From Basidiobolus ranarum (Eukaryota): DNA of 39,943 bases. Numbering within the stretch: position 1 is the stretch's first letter; each line of letters starts with the position of its first letter. The notes under the pieces are model-generated. The model did not search any database and was not told where the DNA came from. It saw only the letters and a list, made by a program, of their open reading frames with translations. Location: positions 1-39,943 of the forward strand of contig JASJQH010006915.1 in the NCBI GenBank assembly GCA_040143965.1, given 5' to 3'. Shown piece after piece: positions 1-12,824 of the stretch. The position numbers were made by a program, and so were the translations under genes.

Positions 1-240
1 GGCCTCTAGCACAAGTTTGAAAAATCTATATATCTGAGAACTTCTAAGTTGGTAAAAATATTCCAAGTAAATTCTGATTGAGAATAATTAATAATATCTT
101 AGTGAATTATAAGATAACTAAGTACTAAGCTATATATGGCTATATATGTGCTTAGGCAATGCTAATTTCAACAAAAACCACCAATTCCTCTAATTCTCCA
201 AACCACTTCCAACAGGCTCCCAAATACTTTATGATAACTA

Positions 241-417
241 CCATCTTATCATACCAGCAGTTGACATATAGATACCTAATGATATTTTGGTAGAGAGCTA
301 GTGTAGGAAATCATGTCCATTTAGCTTACTGTCCACCTGAGGACATGGCTATAAACATTTTAACTAAATTTTTAGCTAAGGGCCAATTTGCAACATTAAG
401 AAACAGCTTAAATTTCA
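241..417 (+). mobile_element. Degenerate Ty1/copia retrotransposon relic (RNase H C-terminus)
   Basis: From 241 it reads PSYHTSS*HIDT**YFGRELV, then after a frameshift GNHVHLAYCPPEDMAINILTKFLAKGQFATLRNSL. This matches the copia RNase H pattern 'P.yH.rtKHIdiryHfiRelv...YcpTedmlADilTK.L'. It has stops and a frameshift and lies in a CpG-free block; the relic probably extends further left. Confidence 0.8.
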
Positions 418-1527
418 CTTTTGATATATTAGATAAATCTCCAATACTTTCAGACTAGTCTGGGATTCTCCAAATTTTAGCTTCAACATTATGAGCTCCT
501 TAAAAGCATATCCTGCTAGTACTTCTTTCATTGGTGAACTATGCATCAAAGCTCAATTTGAATCCAATGCAGTAAGTGCAAATCACATATTTCATCCAGT
601 TATGCCAGACACTTACAGCTATGCCATTTTGGATCTGAATATTCCTCTGAGGAGTAAACAGCAATGTTTTTGAATCAATGTGAGAATATCTTTTCAATCA
701 GTTCCATGTTTTCAAAATCTCTTGTACACACTCTTGCTCTATCAAGCCATGTGGAAGTGAAGGATTTAGGTACTTGCATAGCAATATATATTCAACACTG
801 AAACTACAACAGAGTCAATCTAATTATAGCATACAAATTTGGAGAATATTTACAGCAGAAGAGTACACTTATATGGAGATTAATTTCGAATGGATTTTAC
901 ATGTCTTAATTCGGAGAGAATATTGTTCTATTCAATGACGTTCATTTCCTAGTCTATCTTTAGTTGGCAATTCAATGAATATATTGATAGAAGCCTGATC
1001 CGATATTACATATTTAGTAGTAGCCAGCATTTTTCTTAAATATTTGGAGTCATTGCTGTATATAGCAGTGGAAGATATTTTTGGACATTCAAGAGGATAT
1101 TAGGCTGTTATCTAGATTAATTATAGTAAATTAGTTTTACGCTTAGTTATGAATGTACAGTGCGTATACTAAACAGGTAATGTGGCTAGGACAATGTGTC
1201 ATAACTCAATCACTGTTGACGATATTTAGTTTTTATTAATAATGGACCACTTTATGGTAGAAGTAGACATAGCTACATGCCCTCAGTGCGTTAAGAGAGA
1301 AATTGAGAATAATCATGCCCATTACTATCTCACTGAAGAAGTAATACAATGGAGGCTTGTCTGAGAGATTTGGCACCGCTGAAAGTATATTTAGAGGGTA
1401 CTTTAATCTATTCTCATAAAATATTATTCGGGATATTTCGATCAAACCATGAGATGTACAAAGAGGATCACTTATTATCCAGAAACCAATATGGATAATA
1501 TATAAACAGGTTTTACTCTAAATTAGC

Positions 1528-2928
1528 CTAGTGTGCAGTAATATTAGGATCTTTAGATAAGATCAGCTCATCATTGGCTATGAATTGTCTTAATACAGGA
1601 ATGGTTTCTCTCATGAATTGAAGAATGGCGCGATTGTTTAACCTGATGGCAAATTCAGGGTCAATCTTTCCTCCGAATTTATCTTTCAAACCATAGACAG
1701 TTCGAAACAACATGGGGAAATCACTTTGATTCATATGCAGTGAATTATTGACCGTGAGGAAAGGCGAGTGCTCCCGGTGGGTATTAGCATTGATAAACGG
1801 AAGTAAAGTATCAAAACTCTCTTTCCATTGGGTGAACCCTTCTGAATTGATTGTTAGTACTGGTCTGTCTAGCGTAGGTACCAGTTCCCCCCTCCAATTA
1901 CCCGATTCATGTTCTAGAGCGAGCACCCATGGATCAAGAAGTATTCCACATTTGAAGAAGGTCTTTTCCGCTATAAGTGTTTCTATCACCGTAGCAGCCC
2001 CAAAGCTATGTCCAGCCATCACAACGTTAGAGATATCGAGACGATTTTGAAATTGAGTTTCCTTCTCGGTTCCTATAATTTCTCCATTATTAAGTTTTTG
2101 TAACATTTGTACTGTTTGTTGGATCTCTAAGACTCGGAATAACAATTGCTCTCGACGAAAGTGGTACTCTGCATCTATATCATTTACAGGTGGCCAGCGA
2201 TATGATACTATCTCTCTCTCGGTTTTGGGTAAAGCGGAAGCATTGGCCGAACCATCTCGATGCTCAACAGCACAAACAATAAATCCATGAGAGGCAATTT
2301 CACCACAAATGGAGGAGTATGTGGTTCTACAGCCTCCCAAACCGTGTGAGAAAATTACAACCGGAAATTGATTCTCTTTTCCCGCGTCAATGTGTTCGGT
2401 AGAGTTGGCAAATGGTCCTACATCCGCGAGCTTCGCTTCTATTGACGCATGAATGGAGGTGAAAGATAGCATTCCTACTAATGCCGGAATAGAAATCCAA
2501 CGAGGAAGTTTTTTGAAATCTCCATAACCTATTTTTAACGTATACTAAGTATGTGATACAATAAAGTTTACCCTTTAAAGAGAACAAAGCTTACCCTGTG
2601 CATAGGCTGAGTTAGGAGAAGGTAGCCATGTCGCAGTTTTCTCAGCTCCAGTCACTTCTGCAGGATAATACAGCCTAACCAGCATGTGTTTGGTTTCTTT
2701 GGAAGTTTCATTATCCATTGGTTCAGCTTCATCAGATTTCTCTTCAGTATACGACCAAGTCAAGTCATAACAGCCTACTGGGAACTGCCCCGTATATTTT
2801 GGGAGTTTCGGGAATTTGGGTATCCAAGAGGAGTAGTTCCACCTATCTGACTTTGCTTCCGTTTCTTCATCAGGTAGAACATCAGTTGTTCTGTGGTCAA
2901 AAGTATCACTTTCTTGACTTTGAGTCAT
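1528..2928 (-). CDS. Platelet-activating factor acetylhydrolase (PAF-AH II-like alpha/beta hydrolase); exons 2928-2595, 2528-1528
   Basis: Motifs LPKYTGQFPVG, LVRLYYPA, FPVVIFSHGLGG, GFIVCAVEHRDGSA, nucleophile GHSFG, LLDPW, HMNQSDF. The GTAAGC...TAG intron 2594-2529 joins the ORFs in frame (AQG|YGDF). Confidence 0.9.
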
Positions 2929-3251
2929 GATGTGTAGGTTGAGGAAACATACTGTTGATGATATGGAATTTATAAAAGCGCGGATTCGAAAATAAAACTG
3001 GATTCCGCAATCGGAAAGTGATATCATCCTTCAGTGGGTATTTGACGGATCATCGGCAAATATTCTTAGTCATTCTTCCAGCAACAATCAGCCAAATCGC
3101 ATTCACATGAAAATGAAGCAGAAAAGGAATGCCAAAGTAAAAGAAAAAGCAGAAAACGCAGAAAAAGCAAATGTAAATGAAATTTGGATTTGTTCGTTTA
3201 TAGGTAAATTAATGAAGTACTATATACAAAAACATAAACAGGTCTTTTCGC

Positions 3252-5767
3252 TCATGTTGTGGTGCTCTTAATACTCCAAACATTCTGCATACCACCGTTA
3301 GCATCTTGAACGTCTTGGACATTGTTTCCAGGTTGGGATGTCGAATGGTTGTATATGTTCGTGAATAAGTTGGGTTCGGAATTTAGAGTATCAACTGGCA
3401 TATTGCCAAATAGGGTGTCGAAAAATTCATTTCCTTGAGCAACGGGGAGATCTAACAGGTTTGGGAATCCTGTTGAATAGTCTATCGAGTTATCGGCCAC
3501 ACGAATACTAGGACTATTGAAGTCAGGAATCATCTGTAAACCACTGGGAATATAGTTGGGGGCAATCGAGTAATTCCCGCTGGACACTGCTGCAATATCC
3601 TGAGGACTTAGAGTGTTGGAAGAAAAATTCCCTGGAAATTGGTAAATGGGTTGCTCAAAATTGAACCCAACTTGAGCCGCATTCTGGCTAAGTTCTTGAA
3701 CGAGAGAGTTTGTGTTGGGTGAGACAGAGATCGGTCGATGTCCAAGTGCTACAATCCCTTTAAGGATAGCACAATACTTCTCCGCCATTATCCACACTGA
3801 CTTGAGTCTCTGCAGGGTTTGGTAATGAATCTCTAGCTTGGATTTAGCTTCTGCTATCCGCTCGGGGTCGGAGCTAGAGAATAAAGTGTGAGCGTGAATG
3901 GTTCCCCCGTTGAAAATACAGAAGCAAATATGCGGGTAATTGTAGCAAGCGGGAAATTTGTCAAGATCTTGAATAATGGTGGTGATGGTGTTTGCGGAGG
4001 AGATGCATCTCTCTAATGATTCCGAAGCTGAGCTCGTTGAAGTAGAATAGATAGGTTGATTTTCAACTTGATCCAAGCTCGAACGATGAAGCAATATGAT
4101 GGATGTGTGATACATAATATGAATGGTACAGAGAAAAGCTGCCTCTGCATATCCTCTTGGAGATTTCTCGGAAACTAGCTTTCTTGGATACCGAAGGTTT
4201 TCAGGTGAAGACATCGACCATGATGTTAAGGCCGCGTCTAAAAACGCGAATTTCGAATCATTTTCGGCAGAGTTTTCACGTCGATCCTTCGGACTGTTGA
4301 CAAATTGCGAGACTTTTCCCATAAGAGCGGCAAGCTGGATGAATATTGACCAAGGACTAAGTCGTGTCTTTGGAGAGGATGGGGCGTATGAAAAGATGTT
4401 CTTTGCTTGACTCGATGTTTCCAACATGGAGCTAGGAACAGGTCTTTCATTTTCCCAATCCGAATCACAACTAGGTAACAAGACCCTACTGTCTTGCTCA
4501 TCAATGGCCATGGGCCGCCCTGTTCCAGTACTACCGATTCTGTCTCGGACAAAACAAGACCACCAGAGACGTCGTTGAGTTTCAATCTCCACCCAATCAT
4601 CCGGAGATTGCTCGGAAACACAGTTACTATCGGTGTTTTCATCAATACGATTAATCCCTAATTCCTGAGCCATTCTACAGTAAAAAAATCTCAAATGTTA
4701 GTAAAATTGAATATTTTGATACCAGCAAACCTCAATTACCTAATAGCCATCCCCAAGTACATCCATGCTCTAGGATAGCGTGCGTTCATGTATTCGTAAT
4801 AGGATGCAATCAACAAAGCCATTGTCGTAAAGACATTTGGTCCATCCAAGCATTTCAAAAGAATATTCCGGAAGCGATTGGAGAATACCTCTCCACTCCT
4901 AGTAGTAGGGTCAGCAAGGATACCCGGGTGATTAGAGAACCGAGAAACACAAGCGCAAATACTCAGAATCAGGATGGGAGGGATTTCACCATTTTTGAGT
5001 TTGGTGAGGAAAGTAGGCTTATGAATAAACGGCATTTGAGGATGAATCGTACTAAAATAAACGGATAATAAATGCTCTGTTATTTCAGCGGGAGGAAGAG
5101 AGGTTGCGCCAAGTAAATTATTGGCATTTGAAAATTGTTTTGGAGAAGGCGAGGTTTCATTATGACTATTATTTGTAATAGAGTTAAGTCCTGAAGTATT
5201 TCCCAAATATGATTGCGACCATACTTGTTCCACCTTTTCCCGAATGGCATTTTCTTCATTTTGTGAATTGCTATCTGCTGGATAGTATAGATTTGGGGTC
5301 CTCAGTTGGTTGTTTTGGTAACCATAAGCTGCTGTTGGAAAATTTTCTGTAGATCCCCCGTACTGAGACAAAGGAACCTGTGGTGATTGCGAAAGGTACA
5401 CACTCGGAGAAGGATCGGGATTAACGTTTAGATTTTCCATATATCCGGATATGTTATTCAGAGAAGTAGCTGGTCGTAGTCCGAAAGGTTGAAGAGGGCT
5501 AGACATTTGACTGTGGTTCATGAAATTTGGACTTTCTGAAGCAGCAGTACCATTTGATTGCTCCAATCTTTCACTCTGGCCCTGTCGTGGGCCACGTTTT
5601 TTAGCTGTGGGTAGATACGTACAAGGAACTTTGAGTCGAATGCAGTTAGAACAACTTGGGCGATTCCCATCACACTTTACTTTCTTTTTTCTACAGGTGT
5701 CACACGCTTGAGTCAGTCTTTTCCTCTTCGGTTGTTTAGATGGGTCAGAGAATTCAGTAGATTTCAT
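3252..5767 (-). CDS. Zn(II)2Cys6 transcription factor with fungal-specific TF middle homology domain; exons 5767-4740, 4674-3252
   Basis: ACDTCRKKKVKCDGNRPSCSNC...C zinc cluster; YFSTIHPQMPFIHKPTF; AWMYLGMAIR|MAQELG across intron 4739-4675; ETQRRLWWSCFVRDR. Confidence 0.92.
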
Positions 5768-7585
5768 TGTATTTAACAGTTGGTTATAATGCGGAAGAAC
5801 AATAGTATCGAAAGAACAGATATCACAGAGAAATCACGATAATGGATATATACAACTAGAAATAAGCAGAAGCGCTAAATGTCAAAATTGAACTAAAAAC
5901 TCTGATAGTGGCTACAAGATTGAATAAATAGGTAGAGCCCAAGAGTGATCAAAAGAATTGCAACAAAAAATGTATGTTGGCTCGGGACATACGTGACGGT
6001 TAGGTACATTCAATCTAGTTCGAGGTTTTAGATTCACTACCAATTTTCAATCTCATACTCGGACGTGATTGGTAGCACACCCAAATCAAGCGGCTAATAG
6101 GGTGGGAGTTATTAATAAAAAAGGGAGAAATAACTAGAAATGGCGTCGGCATATCATTAAATAGTTTATTTTGTAGGTACAGAATTGCTCTCTACCACGA
6201 GTATGCCTTTTTCGTTATGGCTGACGAAGTAACCGTTTATTTATATAGCTTTTTAAATACTAGGTGGTTTCACTAATTTCGATCATTTTGAGACATACCT
6301 CAAGCAACTGGTAGCCAAGGATAAAGTAGCGGCTAGGGTAGTGGTTAGAGTAGTGGTCAAAGCAGTTAGACTAAGTGTGTCCCAGTGTAGGCACTTCGTG
6401 CGGTGTGTTTTGAGTTCTATAAACTACATTTCAAATCTGAAGGGTTGATAAAAGTTATCATTTGTACTTGCGATACAACCCTCACATTCAGTCAAGCACA
6501 TTCGAATGAAGCACCAGATGATCGTAAATAACCTACTTTTTGAAGTATCCTGTTCTCAAGTAAATATACAACTTTATGGCGCCATACTTGCTCTCAATCT
6601 AATATATAGCATGTGTAGTGAATTGTGGGGTTCTTCGAACAAGTTCCATTATTACGTTTTATGGCAATTACATTGCTGCTAGTGGCTAGATTGGCGAGTT
6701 TTTGAAATATCGATAGATAACCAGCATTTTTCTAGAACATACCTAGCCATCGAACTTTAGTACCCCTTACGAAATTTAAAGTTGGAACAGTAGCAATGCC
6801 AAAACTATTCTTGGTTGCCCCGAAGAAATTATATATATACATGTTGTATATCAATTTATCTCATTCCTGAATTCTGCTTCGCAACTGGATTAGATTCTTC
6901 CGGTATATAGTATACGTATATAGCACACCATGCATTTAATAAGGCAGACTAGACATTTGCTAAACAATGCAATATAACTTACTGGGGAATAGTAATATAT
7001 ATGGCAACAGCGTAACGAGCATTTTTCACTGATTCTCACCTGGTACCTTACTCATATACTGTCAGGTTTCTTTCCTGTTTCTCTCCTGTTTCTTCCCTCC
7101 ACTTCTCCTGGGGTATGAATTTTATGGCTAGGGAGCTCCTCAAGATTCACTCGAGTCATATCTAGTCATCTCACACCAACTACAAAATGGACAAAAGATA
7201 ACCATCACGTGGATGAAAACAGCAGCAACCAGCCCAAATATAGATATGATAACTCGGATTTGGATGCAGATATCTGCCTTGAGAACAAAATCTAGCATGA
7301 TGTAGAATGCATAAACAGTTCAGACATTGACACGAAATGATCGTATTTGAGATTTTGAAGCAGTCTCAAATGTGCTTCTGCTACTACGAACCGAATAGAA
7401 CTGATACATCTGTGACATCAACTTCATGCCATCGTGTTTTATGAGTGTAGCGGTTCCTGTTTATTGAATGCAAGTGGTCTTTCGCCAGGTTTGTTTGCGA
7501 TCAGTAATAGCTTCACACATTGGTTCCAAGAGATACTAGCTAGTATCCTTCCAAATGGCTCATGTCTTCGCATCGTTGGTCAGAT

Positions 7586-7592
7586 TGACTCA
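7586..7592 (+). promoter_or_regulatory. Gcn4/CpcA-type site TGACTCA upstream of LYS2
   Basis: Perfect TGACTCA about 340 nt upstream of the LYS2 ATG. Fungal amino-acid biosynthesis genes are classic Gcn4/CpcA targets; function here is inferred. Confidence 0.45.
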
Positions 7593-7930
7593 CTCACTAT
7601 ATAGCATATACCCCCATACAGTCATGTTTCTCCCCACATTTCTTTTGATTTAATATTGTAATTAAATTCTATTGATTTTCACTAAGCCATTCGTCGCTGA
7701 TTCTATCAATCTCATCCAAAAAAGGTCACTGACAATCTAATGCCAGTCGCAAAGATACCTGACACTATAAATAGTTGGCTGTGGCATTCTCGAGACTCAC
7801 ACCAGGTGATCATTTAGCACATATTTCGTACTTTTACAAGTGATTTTAATCAGATAGACATCCTGTCCTTTTATCTACCTTATCGCTACATCCCTATTAT
7901 TAAGTAACAGCCATATCCTATAGAATAAAC

Positions 7931-10900
7931 ATGACCGTCAATACACTCCAAGATCAAAGGGAGCTCCTGGATGATAGAATTAATGCCTGGAAGAATAAAC
8001 TTCAAAGTTTGACTGAACTTCAGCTTCCTACGGATTACCCACGTTCTGTACCTCTCAAGATAGTGGAGGCAGTAGAAGCTTTACAGTTGCCTGAGGCCAC
8101 CTGTTTAGCTATTCTTCAACTTTCATTGGCTATCAACAGCAACAATACCCAACTTGAGCCTCCTTCTCCTTTCAGCATATTATTGGCTGCGTTTGCCATC
8201 TTGTTACATAGATACACCGGTGAGGAAGATATTCCAGTAGGAAGTTCCTCTGACTCAAGGAACCCATTGGTTCTACGATTAACAGTCAAGGGTACTGACA
8301 CTTTTGAAGACGTTATTCAAATGGTTCAGCAGGTACTTTATATCTTCCATGTTACATCTTAAGAATTCATTGTAACAGGAACTTATTCTAGGTAGAAGAA
8401 CAGGCAGCACAAATCGAAGTGCCTTTTGGTACTCTACTAAGTCAGTTGTATCTTGAGCAAGAGAACTCCTCAAATCCCTTGTTCAAAGTACGCTTTTTCA
8501 ATCAAACTGACACCGATACAAATACGATCACCGAAACCACTTCCACCAACGATCTTACAATTTTCATTACTTCTTCATCAACTTCGTTACGCCGCCTTAT
8601 TCCTGGAATAGAAGTCAGAGTTTTGTATAACCAGGTTCTTTTCTCGCCTTTACGTATTCAACATATTCTTGATCAACTTGTTTTGGTCCTTGAATCTGCC
8701 GCTGCCAACAAGAGTGTTCAAGTAGGAACGATGAACTTGATTACTGAACGTTGTAGAAATGTTATTCCCGATCCTACTGCTGACTTGAATTGGTGTCAGT
8801 GGCAAGGTGCTATCACTGATATTTTCGCTAGAAATGCCAATAACCACCCTGATCGTACTTGTATCGTTGAAAGTGTACTTGAACTCAAATCCAGCTCAGG
8901 TATTACCCAGGCAGCTAGAATTCGTCGTTTCACCTATGAGCATATTTTCAAGGCTGCCAGTACTGTTGCGCATTACCTTGTGAACAATGGATTGGAGCGG
9001 GAAGATGTTGTTATGATCTATGCATATCGTGGGGTTGATTTGGTGATCGCTATCATGGGCACGTTGATGGCCGGAGGAACATTCAGTGTGATTGACCCTG
9101 CTTATCCTCCTGCCCGTCAACAAATATATTTGTCAGTGGCCCAACCAAAGGCACTGGTGGTTCTTAAGCATGCCGGAAGCCTGCATCCCAGTGTTCGCGA
9201 ATATATTGATACGGAATTATCTATCAAATGCGAAATTCCTGCTTTAGAACTCTTCGATGATGGGCAATTAAGTGGTGGATCGCACGGGGATCTCAGTGAT
9301 ATTTTAGAGTCTGTTAAGGATTTAGCTTCAACTCCTCTTGATATTGTTCTTGGTCCGGATAGTATTGGTACTCTGTCCTTTACTAGTGGTAGTACCGGAA
9401 TTCCTAAAGGTGTAAGAGGCCGTCACTTCTCCCTCACTCATTTCTATCCATGGATGTCTCAGGAATTCACACTATCGGATAAGGATCACTTTACTATGTT
9501 ATCTGGAATCGCTCATGATCCTATCCAACGCGATATTTTCACACCACTTTTCCTCGGTGCCGAATTACATATTCCTACCTCTGAGGATATTGGTATTCCT
9601 GGAAGATTGGCTGAATGGATGTCTGAGCATGAGATATCCGTCACTCATTTAACCCCAGCCATGGGACAGCTTTTATCCGCTAATGCCACTACACCAATTC
9701 CTTCTCTTCGTAACTCCTTCTTTGTAGGAGATATTTTAACAAAGAGAGATTGCAACCGTCTTCAACATTTGGCACCAAACGCCACAATCATCAATATGTA
9801 TGGAACTACGGAAACACAGCGTGCTGTCTCCTACTTTGCGATCCCACCAAGAGCAACCCATCCATCTTTCCTTACATCCACCAAGGATATTATGCCTGCC
9901 GGTCGAGGTATGAGATCTGTGCAACTCTTAGTTGTAAACCGTTTAGGAAATGGTTTATGCGGTGTAGGCGAAGTAGGCGAGATCTATGTGAGAAGTGGTG
10001 GCTTATCGGAAGGATACTTAAAATTAGAGGAAGTCACCAATGAGAAGTTCTTGACAAATTGGTTTGGATCTCCACACCTCCACAATGGCAACAGCGAACT
10101 TCCATTTTTCAAGGGACCACGGGATCGGATGTACCGGACTGGTGATTTAGGGCGCTATAAGCCTGATGGATGTGGTTAGTATTTATTAAATTATTGTTGG
10201 GTTAGTAGAATGACATTAATTTTGTATCACCATTGAATAGTTGAGTGTACTGGGCGTGCTGATGACCAAATCAAAATCCGCGGCTTCAGAATTGAGTTAG
10301 GTGAAATTGACACCCATCTATCACAGCATCCTAATGTCCGAGAAAATGTTACTTTGGTTCGTCGTGATAAGAATGAAGAGCAAACACTTGTGGCTTATTT
10401 TGTGCCTATGGATAACGCTGAAGGGTTTAGTACTGATGAAGAGACTGCCACTTCTGGTCACTCTAGAAAGTATACCCGGTTGATCCGAGATATCCGTGAA
10501 TGGCTCAAGAAGAAACTCCCCAGTTATAGTGTTCCCTCAGGTTGGTTATCTCAGTCATGTGATTACATTTGTGTACAGATACTAATGATTCTGCAGTTTT
10601 TGTCCCACTTAAGAAGATGCCATTAACACCTAATGGAAAGGTAGATAAGCCTGCACTTCCATTCCCCGATACTGTTCAAGCTGCTCCATTGCCTCAAACC
10701 GGAAAACCTGCACTTGATCTTACTCCCACTCAAAAACTCATTCATGATATTTGGTGTTCGACTCTCAATCAGGGTTCTGTTCCTATTGATGAGAACTTCT
10801 TTGACATGGGTGGACACTCAATGTTGGCTACTCGTATGATCTTCGAAGTACGCAAGAAGTGTGGTGTCGATGTTCCACTGGGTCTTGTCTTCAGAGAGCC

Positions 10901-12317
10901 TACCATCCGTGGTATGAGTAGAGAGGTGGATGCTATCAAGAACGAAGACCTAAATTTACCTGACGATTCAGATATCAATCCTGATCAACCCCCTGCTCAG
11001 GATGATAAACAGACTGTGAACTACGCTAGCGATTTCGACGAATTAGTGAAGTCACTTCCTTCTTATACTCCAATCTCCCAATTCCCTGTTCAAGAAAACG
11101 CTGTCACTAATTTCTTCCTTACTGGTGCTACCGGATTTCTTGGAGCTTTCATTTTGGCGGAGATCCTGCGCGTTCTTCCGAAATCTAAGGTTTACTGCCT
11201 AGTTCGTTGCAATGATGAGAAGATCGGTTTCGATAGAATTAAGAAGAATTGTGAGGCTCATTTAGTCTGGCAAGATACTTGGGGTCAACCAGGAAATGAA
11301 AATGTGATTGCAGTCAAGGGTGATTTGAACTTGGAGAACTTGGGGATCAATCCCGAGAAATGGGATGAATTGGCCAAGGTTGTCGATATTATCATTCACA
11401 ATGGAGCCCTGGTTCATTGGGTGTACCCTTATCAAAAACTTCGTGCTGCCAATGTTATTGGAACCCTTGAAGCACTTCGTTTAGCGTCTGAATATAAGAC
11501 CAAACCATTACATTTCGTATCATCCACCTCAGTCCTTGACTCGGATCACTTCATCCAATTATCTACTACAGGCACCTCCGTCTCTGAAAATGATGATCTA
11601 GAAGGAAGTCGTACTGGATTGCAAACTGGATATGGTCAGTCCAAGTGGGTATCTGAGAAGTTGATCATGGAAGCTAGAAAGAGAGGACTTCCCGCTACTA
11701 TCATTAGACCAGGATATGTTGTAGGAGATTCCGAAATTGGAGTTACCAATACCGATGATTTCCTATGGCGTTTAGTCAAGGGCTGTATCCAACTTGGAGA
11801 AGTGCCAATCATGAATAACATAGTTAATATGTGCCCAGTTGATTATGTTGCAGGGACCGTGGTAGCTGTTGCTACGCAAGAGAGATGCCTTGAACGCGTA
11901 GCTTATCACACAACCAATCCTCACAGATTCCGCTTCAACGATATGTTCGCCTCACTAATGCAATATGGTTTCAATATTAAACCAGTTGAATACATACTCT
12001 GGCGTAACCATTTGATGGATGTCACCCTATCAGCCAACTCAGACAATGCACTTTATCCTTTGCTACACTTTGTACTTGATGACCTCCCTACATCCAGTAA
12101 ATCACCTGAGCTAGATGACACTAATACAAATTGGTCCATTGCTGGTACCTCAGTAGAGTGCGCCCCTATGGATACTCTAATGGGACTTTATTTGGCTTAT
12201 CTGATTAAGGTCGGTTTCTTGGAGTTGCCACAATTTTCCAACGACGAAGTAAACAAGTACAAGATTCTTCCTACTTTGAAGAAGGATGTCACGATGATTA
12301 GTAGAAGTGGCAATTAG
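7931..12317 (+). CDS. LYS2: L-2-aminoadipate reductase large subunit (A-PCP-R), about 1401 aa; exons 7931-8332, 8392-10174, 10241-10540, 10597-12317
   Basis: [87 protein letters not shown], carrier FFDMGGHS, reductase TGATGFLG and [10 protein letters not shown]. Three GT-AG introns keep the frame. Confidence 0.97.
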
Positions 12318-12824
12318 TGATCTGTTAAGTGACCTGTTAATTAGTTTCATGTATTATCGTCAGTAAAGGATCATATGGATCTTGTAATAAATTGGTAGAT
12401 TAATGTTCAAGTTCAATCTGGAAGCGAGCATGATTATTTACTGTATTATTACTGGTGTTTCGGTTGATTGTGGATCTGATCATATTGATTCGGTCAGCTC
12501 TGTTATTGACGTAACTTTATAGAGCTGACCAACTGGAACAATTAGGAGAAGCTCTGATTCACCTGTCCAAATTGGAAGAATCAGTAACACGTGTGCTATA
12601 TTTACATATAAGCTATATATACGATAGACAATGTTGATTTATTTAAAACCAAAAAAATGGGCCCCAATTTAGCCATATAGAAAAGAAACATACGAAATAA
12701 AAAGGGCTTTGTTATATATGCAAAACTGCTTATGGTATGTTTATACATTATAATGCGATTCAGAATAAAGATTGAAAAGCCTATTTGATCATTGTAAAAA
12801 AACGACTTCACTGGAAAGTTGGAA

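Noticed and set aside
6310-6420. tRNA-like stretch (GTAGTGGTCAAAGCAGTTAGACTAAG)
   Set aside because: D-loop-like start, but no GTTCRA T-loop and no acceptor stem.
7060-7340. Possible pseudogene fragment in the TF-LYS2 intergenic region
   Set aside because: Short interrupted frames with no recognisable motif.
7931-12317. NRPS-like secondary-metabolite cluster (A-PCP-R enzyme + TF + hydrolase)
   Set aside because: The enzyme has Lys2-specific motifs throughout, so it is primary metabolism; no tailoring enzymes or transporter nearby.
12317-12340. 12-bp tandem near-repeat GTGA(T/C)CTGTTAA at the LYS2 stop
   Set aside because: Two copies only; most likely a local slippage duplication.
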